DNA of 60,540 nucleotides from an uncultured virus (IMG/VR IMGVR_UViG_3300027749_002987) (taxonomy: Duplodnaviria > Heunggongvirae > Uroviricota > Caudoviricetes): the IMG/VR virus record IMGVR_UViG_3300027749_002987; one strand, given 5' to 3'. A program made the position numbers and the translations under genes. How positions within the stretch are numbered: the stretch's first letter is position 1; every line of letters begins with the position of its first letter. The notes beneath the pieces were generated by a model. It was not told where the DNA came from. It did no database searches and saw only the letters and a program-made list of their open reading frames with translations. Below are positions 47,501-56,580 of this stretch, piece after piece.

Positions 47501-50500
47501 TAACAATCCTAATGCTGTTAAGGCAAAAAATATTTTACAAGCTAACAGAATATTCTTACAACAGGAAGTGTCTGCTTGGATTGCTAGTACATATAACGTA
47601 AACACTATTCCTAATTATAACGCCCTTAAATCTCAAAGAGATACAGGATTTATTATTGATGCTATCTGTTACGATATTATGTATGGTGGTAATAGCGCCA
47701 TCTATGATGTATCGCTAAGTTATTACGGCAGCGGTGTGAGTCAAATCTTAGGAGAAGAATCTTACTGCGTTGCGGCATACGGTCGATTGAATACTGTTAT
47801 GCAACAGGTTGTTCAAAATCAAACTGTAAGTAAATCTGCTGGTAATCCATATACTCAAAATATAAGTTTGCCTGTGGCAACCGCAACTGAAGCAGGATTA
47901 GTAAACACCGAGATTGCAATTCTAACTGACTATGTTGCAGATGGTGATTTTGATACGCCAACTACACGTACTACCCCTGCAAGTCAATCATGGTATTCAA
48001 GTCAAACTAGATCTAGTGATTACACTACATTACAGGGATTGAAATCTACATTGTTATCTGGATCAGTTGCCTACTTAAACAGTGGTGCCGGTCTAGGTAT
48101 CAATATTGAAATGGGCGGTAATAAGTCCATGTTGGCTAACGACTTTACACAAATTAACGATTTAGGTTATGGTGTATTTGCAACCAACGGTGGATTGACT
48201 GAACAAGTATCTACATTCTCATATTACTGTTACACAGGCTACTGGGCCAACAATGGCGGTCAAGTTCGAAGTATTGCTGGTTCTAACTCACACGGTGTTT
48301 ATGGTTTACGTGCTACAGGATACGACGTAACAGAATTGCCCGATAGTGTAAACTTATCCTATGATATGGTTCAGGTAGCTCGTATATACAAGCAAGGTTT
48401 GTTTGTTAATGAGATGACTCCAACTTCAACTAAACAGTCTGTCACTCTATACATTACCGGATACTCATATGCTCCATACACTGCCAGCGAACTGGAAATT
48501 GATCACGGTGTACAGAGTGGCGGCATTGTTCGATATCTAATATCAACAATTGCACACACCACTGTTACTATCAATGGTAAAAACATATTATCTGTAACTC
48601 TTAGTACCGCAGGCACTGACAGTACTTCAAGCACTGGACTACAATACGCATTATATGACGGTCAAACTGTGACCTTTAGAGTATTACAAGCTATAAAATT
48701 CAATAATATTGATAACGTTAAACCTGTACGTCCAAGTACTGCGTTACAGTATGTTGACAATTTATCTGAAATTTATCGAGTAATTGCATATGGGTTAACT
48801 GAGGCAACTGGAGAAACTTTAGGTGCAAACATATCAGTGTTACAAACTGATGCTAGCTTTAGCTATTATAAATTTACAACCGATGGTAATAATATAACGC
48901 AATTGGATCCAACTGACGCTACTAAAACTCAAGGTAGTAAGGTTGGAGATAACAAAATTGCTGTGTTAGCCGTTAGTTCGGCATCAACCATTAATCAAAT
49001 TAACAAAGGAACTTATGTAGTTGGCTGGGGTGGTCGTACACATAGAGTTATTAGTTATACTGCGCCACTGACTATTTCAACAGGGTTGTTTGTAAGCTAT
49101 ACTGTAACAGCTGGGCCAACTTATACACTAGTAGTTAACGGTCTTGCAGGTACAATTAGTCAAGGTCAAATCTTAACAAGTACTGGCAGTAGTACAGGAT
49201 TCAACGGAACACAAACTGTATCAACTGTTGTTATATCTAATTCTGGTGGTGTAAATACAGCAACAATCACCTTGAGTAGCGCGGCTACAGTTAACCCTCC
49301 AACTGGCACTGTTACATTTGGTGTTACAGCCAACGGATATTTAAGTGTTGACCCTAACCCAATAAGCAACTTAGCGGCCGATGGAACTGTTATCAATTCC
49401 ATGACCTATGCTAGTAGTGTACTGCAAACAGGTAGTACAACTGCTAAGATTGTAACATTTAATATTCCATACAGTCCGACGGCACAGTTACCTGCGGTCG
49501 ACAGTTATATTACCATAGCAAATAACAGTAATACTAGTTATAACGGAAGCAAGCAGATTGCTGGCATTGTTAACAGCAGTCAACTAACAGTATCATCTAC
49601 TTCTAGTTTATCTGTAGGCATGGTAGTATCATCTACCAGCACTGGCGCATATGTTCCTAGTGGAACTATTATCCAAAGTATTGATAGTACAACTAAATTT
49701 ACAGTGGCTCCTGCTGTTTGGATTCCATCGGGCAGTATAGTAAGTTCTAGTTTAGTAGCTACCGTACAAAGTATTACAATTACCAATGGTGGTAGTGGAT
49801 TTGATCCAGCAAATCCTCCAACCGTTGTGTTCTCAGGCGGTGGTGCGACAAGTCAAGCCATTGCAACAGTAACTATTGCCAACGGTAGTATCGTAGCCTA
49901 TGTGTTAGTGAGTCCAGGATACGGATACACTTCTCAACCTATTATTACAGTAACACCTGCATTGGGTAGCGTATTGCTTACACCAGTGCTAACATCAACA
50001 GCTACCGTTGCTACAACAGCCAGTGCTGGTACAAATACTGTGACCATGTCATTGTTGTATCCAACCGACCCGGGAGCAAATTCAAATGTTACTGCAACTA
50101 CTAATAGCACATTAAGTTCTACTGGACGGATTACAGGTACTACATTAAGTTTAACTACTGTAGCATCTGGCACTCCTGTCCTCGGTATGGTATTATCCGG
50201 ATCTGGAGTAACTACTGGAACTTATATTACTGCTGTTAATAGTGCAACGTTTGTTGGAACTATTACAAGTACAACTACATTAACTATTGTATCAGGTACT
50301 GCTCCAAGTATTGGTATGGTGTTGGTGGGGACCGGTATACCTACCGGAACATATATTGCCAGTGGCACCGGCCCGTTCACACTCAGTGGTGCGGCTACTA
50401 ACGGAATTAATATTGGTATTGTCGGTACCAGTTACACAGTTAGTGCAAGTCAAACTGTTTCCAGTACTAGTATTTCAGGGCTGGCAAATCTATTAACAGT

Positions 50501-53318
50501 TGCATCGGCTACCGGATTAAATGCTGGACAACAGATTACATTCAGTGGCTCGGCATTTGGAACTGGGACCATCTTAACGCCAGTTAACGGAGTTTCTCCA
50601 AATACATTGTACTACATTAACAAAGTAGCAGGAACATCTATCGGTATTGCTACTTCATTAGGTGGAAGCGATATAACCGTATCGTCTGGTAGTGTTAGTG
50701 TAGGAACTCTGTTGTCATTGTATTCTCCAAACTACGGATATGGTACAAGTCTTGCAGTTGATGCTAGTACTGGATTTACAAGTAAGACTATCATCGGTAC
50801 TGGCCCGACTTACAGTGTGGTATTGAATTTTGCCACAACAACTGCGCCCGTTACAGGAAGCTATTATCTTGTTTCGGGTAACAACAATCCATTGTACAAC
50901 GGATTCTATTTGTGCAGTGCAAGTAGCGCCACAACTATTACACTAACATATCCTCAAGATCCGGGTACATGGAGTACAGCGTTTAATACTACTGTGACTT
51001 TAGAAGTAACTAGTGGCTCTAGCAATACGCTAGGTATTGGAAGACCATTTAGTACTCTTACCAGTGCTACCCTGCGTCTAGGTAGACCAGCTGGATCAGC
51101 GGCTCAAATTACCACACGTATTAGTACTTGCCGAGCTACGGGACATGACTTCTTAGATATCGGTACTGGCGGGTATGTTACTACTAACTATCCTGTACAA
51201 ATTTACGGTAATCCGGCAATACAGTCAAACGGTAGTAATCAAGTTAAAGAAGAAACAGTAGGTCGTGTGTTCTATGTGACCACAGACGAAAACGGTATAT
51301 TCCGTGTAGGTCGATTCTTCAGCGTTGACCAGGGCACTGGTACTGTTACATTCTCAGCAAGTATTGCCCTTAGTAACTTGGACGGTTTAGGATTTAAACG
51401 CGGTGTTGTTGTTACTCAATTCTCAACTGATCCTACAATGACTGATAACGCACCGGACATTGTTCCGGTACAAAGTGCTACTCGTAGTTTCATTGACAAC
51501 AGATTAGGTTTAGACTATGGCGGTAGTCCAGTAGCTACAACTAGTTTGATCGGCCCAGGATATCTAGCACTTAACGGCACACTAGCCATGAAGGGTAATT
51601 TAAATTTAGGTAACTTTAGTATTGGTAATTTAACAATGCCAAGTACCAGTACTAGCAAGTATGACGGGGCTAACAGAGATTATGTTGACCAAAGTTTGAT
51701 TGCATTAAACTCGATATTCAAATTGCTAGATGTGGGCATTGCCGCTGGCAGGGGCCTGTATCTAAGCGGCAGTAGTATTAGCTATGTGTTAACAGTTAAC
51801 AACATCAGTGGAAGTATTACTAGCGGGTTAGCAGTGTATGGTACTGGATTTGACGGTACTCAGATCGTTCAAAGTGTGAGTATCAGCGGCGCAGGTGTTG
51901 CCACAATTACTCTAGGAACATATCCGAACAGCAACCCAAGTGGAACTATATTCTTCTTAAATGCTGTGTCATCGGGATCGTTCTTAGTGTACGATGTCGG
52001 GTTGGGTAAGTGGAAAAACGTTGCGGCTCCTACAGGTGATTTATCGATCACCTACAACTCGGGCACCGGCACTATAGTTACCAACCTCAATGCCGGAGCA
52101 ATTGTCAACGCCGATGTTAATGCTAGCGCGGCAATCGCGCAAAGCAAGCTGGCAATGACTGCGGCTACGACTCGAGCTAACTACACTGGAATTGCGCAAG
52201 CTGATTTAGGTATAGCTAGTTTTAACAGCTCGTCATTTAGCAGTACCAACGGTTGGATTGATTTATTAACCAGTACTAGTGCTATAACCGGTATTACCTA
52301 TAGTAAAATACAACAGATGAGTGTTGGAACTGTGCTTGGTAATTTAACTGCCAGCGCCGCTAGTCCGTCAGAAGTAACACCAACACAGATTTTAAATGCT
52401 GCCGGTGGTATTAGTAATGGATCGTTTGGCGCAAGTGGTGCTATGGTCGTAGGCTATGACGGATCTAACAGTGCAAATAATTCATATACTGTAGTTGGTA
52501 TTACTTCAACTCGTGGTGCTAATCAAATACTTAAAACTGGGGTTGATGGAAGTGCCGACGTTGCTAACTTAAAAGTTGGAGGCTTCACAGTACTATCAAC
52601 TAGCGGAACTACTGTACAACATAGTACCCCAGGTGGTATAGTTCAAGCAACTCCATTCTACTACATGACTGCTGTTGGTACTACTGGCAGTAACACTACT
52701 ATTACTACACAGGGTACTTTAAATACCAGCAACGGAACATTAGTTGCTACAACATTTACTGCTGGTGCACCTGCTACTGGTGGATCAATGGAGGGTCAGT
52801 GGTACTTGACGGCTAGTAGCCAGTTTGATTTTAGCCTAGGTATATTAAAATCAAATAACTTAACAGCTGGATCAAGTACAGCCGCTGGTACTATTGATGG
52901 TAACTGGAGTTTAACAACTGGTAGTCAACTACGCAGTACATATGCTGACTTGGCTGAGTTCTATGAAGGTGATCAAGAATATCCAGAAGGTTGGGTGTTA
53001 GTGTTTGGTGGTGACAAAGAAGTTACTTCAACTACTACATTTAACGACACTAGATTAGCAGGTGTAGTAACAACTAACCCGGCTTATGTAATGAACGAAG
53101 GACAACAGGGCATCAAGGTCTGTCTAGCACTAGCAGGTCGTATTCCGTGCCGAGTAGTTGGTCGAGTTAAGAAGGGTGATTTACTAACAACATCAGCTGT
53201 AGAGGGTTGCGCAGTCAAGTCAACTAATCCACAGATTGGCAGTATTATTGGTAAGGCTATCCAGGACAAAGACTACGATAGTGTGGGCGTAATCGAAGTT
53301 GCAGTAGGGAGATCATAA
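41514..53318 (+). CDS. giant (3934 aa) virion structural/tail protein
   Basis: N-terminal T4 gp9/gp10-like NDGTGD..R..F.K.N.NF.ELY; helical C-x-R-D repeats; T/S/G-rich beta region; C-terminal YADLAE...ALAGRIP...KKGDLL. Confidence 0.85.
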   Translation: MTQQVIDIGVQGNDGTGDSIRTSFQKVNSNFNELYAIFGAGGTIRFTNLSDAPSTYSANQVIMANTTGGALSARTIVAGTGIGITTSDPTKLTIAALSARLNNDPQPSLSASINANQFSIGNLGDPSQALVDQFNTLYASQNITTTLGQLAISKNYADNTYVATYNGTVSKALRVRDEPANPQTSDKDYDATLSSNYVSTEAMQRKYTVYRGGDTMTGPLALNDHPSPMAGFGTPNGADDLQAATKFYVDNNTSYSATNLYVKTNGDDLQTNTPPGREGRSWAYAYKTIGAAALQAQNLIALSTVEPGPYRQRIAYTVGPTQTFSTIQSVTLGGGNSGVIGYTDAADLLTANKSFIQAETIAYINKKYVNTFTFDKARWGSIISDIVDAVGYDTVLGTTFNSTTQASILFNAYNSDIVENNLTQIIDAVNYARDQVLNFSYSTANTQTYLGQVIDALLYDLIFGSNLRSIQVALSFSTASTGLETTPTVVNTTTVGTTSIVNTITVDSSVGMLVGSPITFSGTGFGNITIGTIYFIHSVVDSTTIKISLVAGGDPFAVTTHAGIMSVKTTGISQAAATLNDLANTIVSDAAFANLPSAVANIKANTALIEKIISGGSLPSVVFGALPTTNASSTFTFNQAKCSRDVGIIVNAVLDDLIFGTNYRSITAAFAYIRSYSSVVTSSQKAQTIAGINLARDEVIGLIPTNTAAIAAITASMNVITTIINNVSTNGAPSVTWTYNNSSSGVNISARQLQNNRQFLIDETIAYINANLNPGTISLYNEGNCRRDTGYIIDAITFDLIYGGNTATIAAADAYFTGTNVNTIATELVPVTAAYTHLNAVMTSVIQGNLYTRTTGNTTTQSVSAGTGTANAAASTLVNIVITVINGGVASGPTAINPIYSTGTTYASNGTSRTTILNGLSTIQSNVILFLIETYQSNTGVLSARDLLLNNLSFIQAEIIAFLLANYPTLSYSSATCKRDVKYIIWSLIYDFMYGGNSNSVYSGLQYWIGNTLQIAQYEKTATVAAINYINTLCQAIINNVSTTTVYQLSVYQYINQTLGGSTIVSTSISNNIATIAGIVNSVSTPNPVVYGPTTANASATLNTARTAIIAKKSAIQSAEISYINSTFSVINNVTVSSTITSLFGIITNLLTAGIASRSVPTFIDPPSITVTTAHARSAILANIDFIAADTIAWINTNYPSLVYSNTTCSRDVKSILEAVCYDLTYGGNSATLRAAYQYWAGGTRQIASNEVTATVAAITHAQAVAILVSSNSVVTPATGNSAVQVRNAVWVDGAAAAGDINALFNYVTDIVANDTTYTQSLPDLTIYASIPQAAQVILNNSKDTIGNATTAYLAVTYPGGFNYNEATCYRDIGYIIDAMIIDILTGGTYQSVNAGKSYYKNASAKAIAIGSQLRETLDGIVFAKNLGIQVLNKTQQTRFQDLVRQQTTVNGVAKSPSTPAKTTFTTNMNTLISIITNGYGAAPTPTFGSGLYTITFDNGGNGFVDQGIPGAVHIIPAKILVGGTSNAYGQIVTYTPGVTTSYDTITVRMVRPGFFRVGEEIDYGETVPEQNIAICVESGTYYEDYPIKLSANVTISGDDFRRVIVRPLDRVSQSPWRSVFFYRDSVIDGIQTGIIDYSGTDYAATTGSTITLSGITGSITATLGTGQAPASWLGLVFTDSTSGTGTPGKAVVSTISGNVLNLTVIYPFAAATTYAVGAWHLYSTINYGRHYLTDPLDINSTPLNNRLMDVFLCNDATRVRMISMQGHGGFAMVLDPEGQIKTKSPYAQESGSFSQSINYKRFAGGQFIDGFTGRLFGKITRVEQNIAGVNGTQITVVGSVNSGLDIRAPQTPCAFYIQGNRFQVNDVVSFNAATYTVVLTIDTGTPFYPPNFYNTTKFTTALGGVIDNIGLDMVTGSNYKSLFSGYTYLFPQNSLTVLATLFTTQGLAYVNSNLGSVSTTGKNSIAASLLTITNMINNGVTTVPATTFPTPGGTYNNPNAVKAKNILQANRIFLQQEVSAWIASTYNVNTIPNYNALKSQRDTGFIIDAICYDIMYGGNSAIYDVSLSYYGSGVSQILGEESYCVAAYGRLNTVMQQVVQNQTVSKSAGNPYTQNISLPVATATEAGLVNTEIAILTDYVADGDFDTPTTRTTPASQSWYSSQTRSSDYTTLQGLKSTLLSGSVAYLNSGAGLGINIEMGGNKSMLANDFTQINDLGYGVFATNGGLTEQVSTFSYYCYTGYWANNGGQVRSIAGSNSHGVYGLRATGYDVTELPDSVNLSYDMVQVARIYKQGLFVNEMTPTSTKQSVTLYITGYSYAPYTASELEIDHGVQSGGIVRYLISTIAHTTVTINGKNILSVTLSTAGTDSTSSTGLQYALYDGQTVTFRVLQAIKFNNIDNVKPVRPSTALQYVDNLSEIYRVIAYGLTEATGETLGANISVLQTDASFSYYKFTTDGNNITQLDPTDATKTQGSKVGDNKIAVLAVSSASTINQINKGTYVVGWGGRTHRVISYTAPLTISTGLFVSYTVTAGPTYTLVVNGLAGTISQGQILTSTGSSTGFNGTQTVSTVVISNSGGVNTATITLSSAATVNPPTGTVTFGVTANGYLSVDPNPISNLAADGTVINSMTYASSVLQTGSTTAKIVTFNIPYSPTAQLPAVDSYITIANNSNTSYNGSKQIAGIVNSSQLTVSSTSSLSVGMVVSSTSTGAYVPSGTIIQSIDSTTKFTVAPAVWIPSGSIVSSSLVATVQSITITNGGSGFDPANPPTVVFSGGGATSQAIATVTIANGSIVAYVLVSPGYGYTSQPIITVTPALGSVLLTPVLTSTATVATTASAGTNTVTMSLLYPTDPGANSNVTATTNSTLSSTGRITGTTLSLTTVASGTPVLGMVLSGSGVTTGTYITAVNSATFVGTITSTTTLTIVSGTAPSIGMVLVGTGIPTGTYIASGTGPFTLSGAATNGINIGIVGTSYTVSASQTVSSTSISGLANLLTVASATGLNAGQQITFSGSAFGTGTILTPVNGVSPNTLYYINKVAGTSIGIATSLGGSDITVSSGSVSVGTLLSLYSPNYGYGTSLAVDASTGFTSKTIIGTGPTYSVVLNFATTTAPVTGSYYLVSGNNNPLYNGFYLCSASSATTITLTYPQDPGTWSTAFNTTVTLEVTSGSSNTLGIGRPFSTLTSATLRLGRPAGSAAQITTRISTCRATGHDFLDIGTGGYVTTNYPVQIYGNPAIQSNGSNQVKEETVGRVFYVTTDENGIFRVGRFFSVDQGTGTVTFSASIALSNLDGLGFKRGVVVTQFSTDPTMTDNAPDIVPVQSATRSFIDNRLGLDYGGSPVATTSLIGPGYLALNGTLAMKGNLNLGNFSIGNLTMPSTSTSKYDGANRDYVDQSLIALNSIFKLLDVGIAAGRGLYLSGSSISYVLTVNNISGSITSGLAVYGTGFDGTQIVQSVSISGAGVATITLGTYPNSNPSGTIFFLNAVSSGSFLVYDVGLGKWKNVAAPTGDLSITYNSGTGTIVTNLNAGAIVNADVNASAAIAQSKLAMTAATTRANYTGIAQADLGIASFNSSSFSSTNGWIDLLTSTSAITGITYSKIQQMSVGTVLGNLTASAASPSEVTPTQILNAAGGISNGSFGASGAMVVGYDGSNSANNSYTVVGITSTRGANQILKTGVDGSADVANLKVGGFTVLSTSGTTVQHSTPGGIVQATPFYYMTAVGTTGSNTTITTQGTLNTSNGTLVATTFTAGAPATGGSMEGQWYLTASSQFDFSLGILKSNNLTAGSSTAAGTIDGNWSLTTGSQLRSTYADLAEFYEGDQEYPEGWVLVFGGDKEVTSTTTFNDTRLAGVVTTNPAYVMNEGQQGIKVCLALAGRIPCRVVGRVKKGDLLTTSAVEGCAVKSTNPQIGSIIGKAIQDKDYDSVGVIEVAVGRS
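42530..47800 (+). repeat. about nine dispersed helical protein repeats A..L..N..FI..E....I...Y...Y...C.RD...I.DA...D...GGN
   Basis: Cys codons at 43437, 43866, 44442, 45138, 45618; Ser variant at 47631; three degenerate copies. Confidence 0.85.
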
Positions 53319-56065
53319 TGTCTAAACAAAATATCCTAGTTGGTGCTAGTGCCAACGACAAAAGCGGTGATACACTTCGTAATGCGTTTATAAAAGTAAA
53401 TGCAAACTTCACAGAACTGTATGCCTTAACTGGCGGTTCAAGTGCGGCTTTGATTGAACTGGCACAGGACTATGCGGCACCCTTGTTCACACATGCCAGT
53501 CACACCAACATCACGGTGACCTATGATGATGCCAATAACAAAATATTACTAACTGGGGCGGCGGCACAGGTACAAAGCAACTGGACTGCATCTAGTGGAT
53601 TAGGAGTTATACTGAACAAACCCACATTGTTCAGTGGTTCATATACAGACTTGACCAACAAGCCCACCATACCCAGTGCTTACACATTGCCCACAGCATC
53701 CGCATCCATATTGGGTGGTATCAAAATTGGCACTGGCCTAAGTATAGATGGCAGTGGCGTTGTTACTGCCAGCAGTGGCAGTGTAAGCACATTAGTCAAC
53801 GGTGCTCGCACAGTGAGCCTTGGCTCGGATGGCACAGTAACATTGCCAAATTTTGATATCATGGCTGGAGTTGGGTCAAAAATAAAATCAGCATTGGATA
53901 TAAAAATACAAACTGGCGCTTATTACCTATCTAACCTTAGTGCTCTTTACAGTGATTTTTTTACCCTAGTGTTCTCAATTTCTTCAGCACCCAATTGGGC
54001 AACCGTAGTCGCTGTTGGTGACTATGTGATTAGTAGAACATGTGTAATGCAAATAACTGCTGTGGCTGCTCCTGACGCTAATATTGGGGAATGGCGTATA
54101 ACTTTAAGTACTGACGACTTCACAGGTGCTAGCGATACTTTTGGCGTTTCATCTTGGAGTTTTTATAAGCCTGGGGCAACAAACAGTATCTGGACCTTTG
54201 GCAAGAATGGTAATTTAACATTCCCCAATGCCACGGTACAAACCACAGCCTGGCTTGGCAGTGTAAGCACATTAGTCAACAGCACACAAACTGTGAGCCT
54301 TAGTTCTAGTGGCGTCTTAACATTGCCGTCAGGACTCACCTTTCGGAAAAATGGCACGCCTTACTCTACTATAACCGCTGATCTTAACAAAGTGTTGCAA
54401 ATTGAAACACAAACTTCTGGTGGTGTTAAACAGTGGAGTCTTGGCACAGATGGTAGCTTAACATTCCCAGACGCTTCTGTACAGACCACAGCCTGGACTG
54501 GCAGTGTGAGTAGTTTGGTCAACGGTGGCAGCACATTGAGTCTTGCTTCAACTGGTGTATTGACATTTCCCAGCAACACCATTAAATCTGCGGTAGACAC
54601 TGCGCTTGCAGTTACCACTCAGGAAACAGTGGTTACCACCAGTCCGACCTATAACAATGCGCAAGCCTTCTCAAGAGACATAACAGTAAACGGCACATTT
54701 ATACAGGGATGGTATCAACGCAATCCGTCACAGATTGAGTTTGCCCTGTTCGGAACCCCTGCGTTTGTGACCTATGTGACTGGACTGGCTCTGGGCACGG
54801 GTATGGGTGTGGTGTATGAAACATCCGGTGGCCAGCCTAATTTGTTTACTGGCACCATAACACAGGCGTTCACAACTCAAGGACAATACGATCCAGCACA
54901 TCCAACCTGGCAGCGTGTGAGTGGTAGAGTAGACGGCACACTGCCTAACAATACGGGTATCCGTAGTGTATCTTTTTCAACCTCAAGCACAGTTCCACAT
55001 AATTTTACATTTGGCACGGATGGTGCATTGACATTGCCCAACGGTGCAGTGATAAAAGACACTGCGGGTAATAGTGTGGTATTTGGTGAAGATGCCGGAA
55101 CAACCTCACAAGGTGCCAATGCAGTGGCCATTGGCACACAAGCGGGTAATAGTGACCAAGGAACTGAAACAGTGGCCATTGGTGCCTTGGCTGGAATATC
55201 CGTGCAAGGTCAAGGTGCAGTGGCTGTGGGCTTTGGTGCTGGGTATAACTTACAAGGTGTAAACAGCGTGGCCATTGGTAAGCAAGCCGGCCTAGGCGGC
55301 CAAGGTGCCAATGCCATAGCAATCGGTTATAGGGCGGGAGACAACAACCAAGCGGCCAACACCATCATATTAAATGCCAGCGGTGTTATAGTCAATAGTG
55401 TTGCCGAACAACCCAACAGTTTCTATGTGGCACCAATTAGAACTGCCACAGCAACATCCAATGTGTTATATTACAACACCACAACTAAAGAAGTTACCTA
55501 CGGATCCGCACCAAGTTTGGGTAATTTTGCGTTCAGTGGAGACACGCTGTCAAATACTTTATCAAATGCCATTACACTACAAGTGGGCGGTAACAATTAT
55601 ATTTTTGGAAGTAGTGGCCAGATAACATTACCAGATGCCAGTGTTATTGCCAGTTACAAACCTGTCACAGTGATTGCCCAAACATCAACTACAAGAACAA
55701 TCATAGATCAAGCAAGTGCCGCCTACATTCTGTTTACTGAAACAGTGGACACTGCTAATGCATACGCCAATGGTGTATTCACAGCACCATATACAGGATA
55801 CTATCAATTCAATGTGTCAATATATTTCTCAACATCAGTGACATTAAACTCAGGTAGCTTTTTCCTCATAGACAGCAGTGACGGTGCTAAAACAGTCACA
55901 ATCATGCAGGATGCATGGTCGGGGCGATATCTACACTATTCAACTGTGGTTCAAGCCACCGCCGGGGACACCATTCATTGTTTTGTTTTAAGGAATGCTA
56001 GCGGAGCAAATATCGATCTTGCCAGCGGCTGTAGACTGACTATACACAGAGTAAGCATTAGCTAA
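53318..56065 (+). CDS. tail fibre/adhesin with YadA-head-like repeats and C-terminal C1q/TNF-like domain
   Basis: gp9/10-like N-terminus; Q...AVAIG..AG repeats; GVFTAPYTGYYQF. Confidence 0.8.
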   Translation: MSKQNILVGASANDKSGDTLRNAFIKVNANFTELYALTGGSSAALIELAQDYAAPLFTHASHTNITVTYDDANNKILLTGAAAQVQSNWTASSGLGVILNKPTLFSGSYTDLTNKPTIPSAYTLPTASASILGGIKIGTGLSIDGSGVVTASSGSVSTLVNGARTVSLGSDGTVTLPNFDIMAGVGSKIKSALDIKIQTGAYYLSNLSALYSDFFTLVFSISSAPNWATVVAVGDYVISRTCVMQITAVAAPDANIGEWRITLSTDDFTGASDTFGVSSWSFYKPGATNSIWTFGKNGNLTFPNATVQTTAWLGSVSTLVNSTQTVSLSSSGVLTLPSGLTFRKNGTPYSTITADLNKVLQIETQTSGGVKQWSLGTDGSLTFPDASVQTTAWTGSVSSLVNGGSTLSLASTGVLTFPSNTIKSAVDTALAVTTQETVVTTSPTYNNAQAFSRDITVNGTFIQGWYQRNPSQIEFALFGTPAFVTYVTGLALGTGMGVVYETSGGQPNLFTGTITQAFTTQGQYDPAHPTWQRVSGRVDGTLPNNTGIRSVSFSTSSTVPHNFTFGTDGALTLPNGAVIKDTAGNSVVFGEDAGTTSQGANAVAIGTQAGNSDQGTETVAIGALAGISVQGQGAVAVGFGAGYNLQGVNSVAIGKQAGLGGQGANAIAIGYRAGDNNQAANTIILNASGVIVNSVAEQPNSFYVAPIRTATATSNVLYYNTTTKEVTYGSAPSLGNFAFSGDTLSNTLSNAITLQVGGNNYIFGSSGQITLPDASVIASYKPVTVIAQTSTTRTIIDQASAAYILFTETVDTANAYANGVFTAPYTGYYQFNVSIYFSTSVTLNSGSFFLIDSSDGAKTVTIMQDAWSGRYLHYSTVVQATAGDTIHCFVLRNASGANIDLASGCRLTIHRVSIS
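53776..54523 (+). repeat. modular direct repeats inside tail fibre gene
   Basis: identical 25-mer TGGCAGTGTAAGCACATTAGTCAAC at 53776 and 54256; diverged copy at 54499. Confidence 0.85.
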
Positions 56066-56095
56066 TTACGGTAAATATACTAAACGGAATAGACC

Positions 56096-56566
56096 ATGGC
56101 AATTCAACAGATTAAATTAGGTTCATACGCGAATGACGGTACAGGCGATGATTTACGCACGGCTTTTACCAAAGCTAATGATAATTTTGTATTTTTATCA
56201 GCACAAATTGCCGGTATAAACGGACAGAACATTGGATCAGGAGCTGGGTTATTTTCAGTAGATACCAACGGCGTACTACAGTTTAAAACCATAACAGGCA
56301 GTAGCGGAGTTACTGTTACAAGTACCCCGACCACAGTTAATATCAATGCGTTAGGTGCTGTACAAAGCGACCCGGTTCCAAGATTAGGTGGTAATTTAAA
56401 TTTAAATAATCACAACATAACGGGCACGGGTGACATACAAACCACAGTTTGGGGTTTTGATATACGAACATTAAATACCCAAGTACAAACATTATTAAGC
56501 GGCACTATTGGCGATCAAGGCACATTTGCCAACCCAATAGGTACATACGATTTAGGAACCTTTTAA
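56096..56566 (+). CDS. small structural protein with gp9/10-like N-terminus
   Basis: ANDGTGDDLRTAF.K.N.NF; P.LGGNL.LN; GGTAAATA at 56070-56077. Confidence 0.8.
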   Translation: MAIQQIKLGSYANDGTGDDLRTAFTKANDNFVFLSAQIAGINGQNIGSGAGLFSVDTNGVLQFKTITGSSGVTVTSTPTTVNINALGAVQSDPVPRLGGNLNLNNHNITGTGDIQTTVWGFDIRTLNTQVQTLLSGTIGDQGTFANPIGTYDLGTF

Positions 56567-56580
56567 GGTAGGAGAATAGA

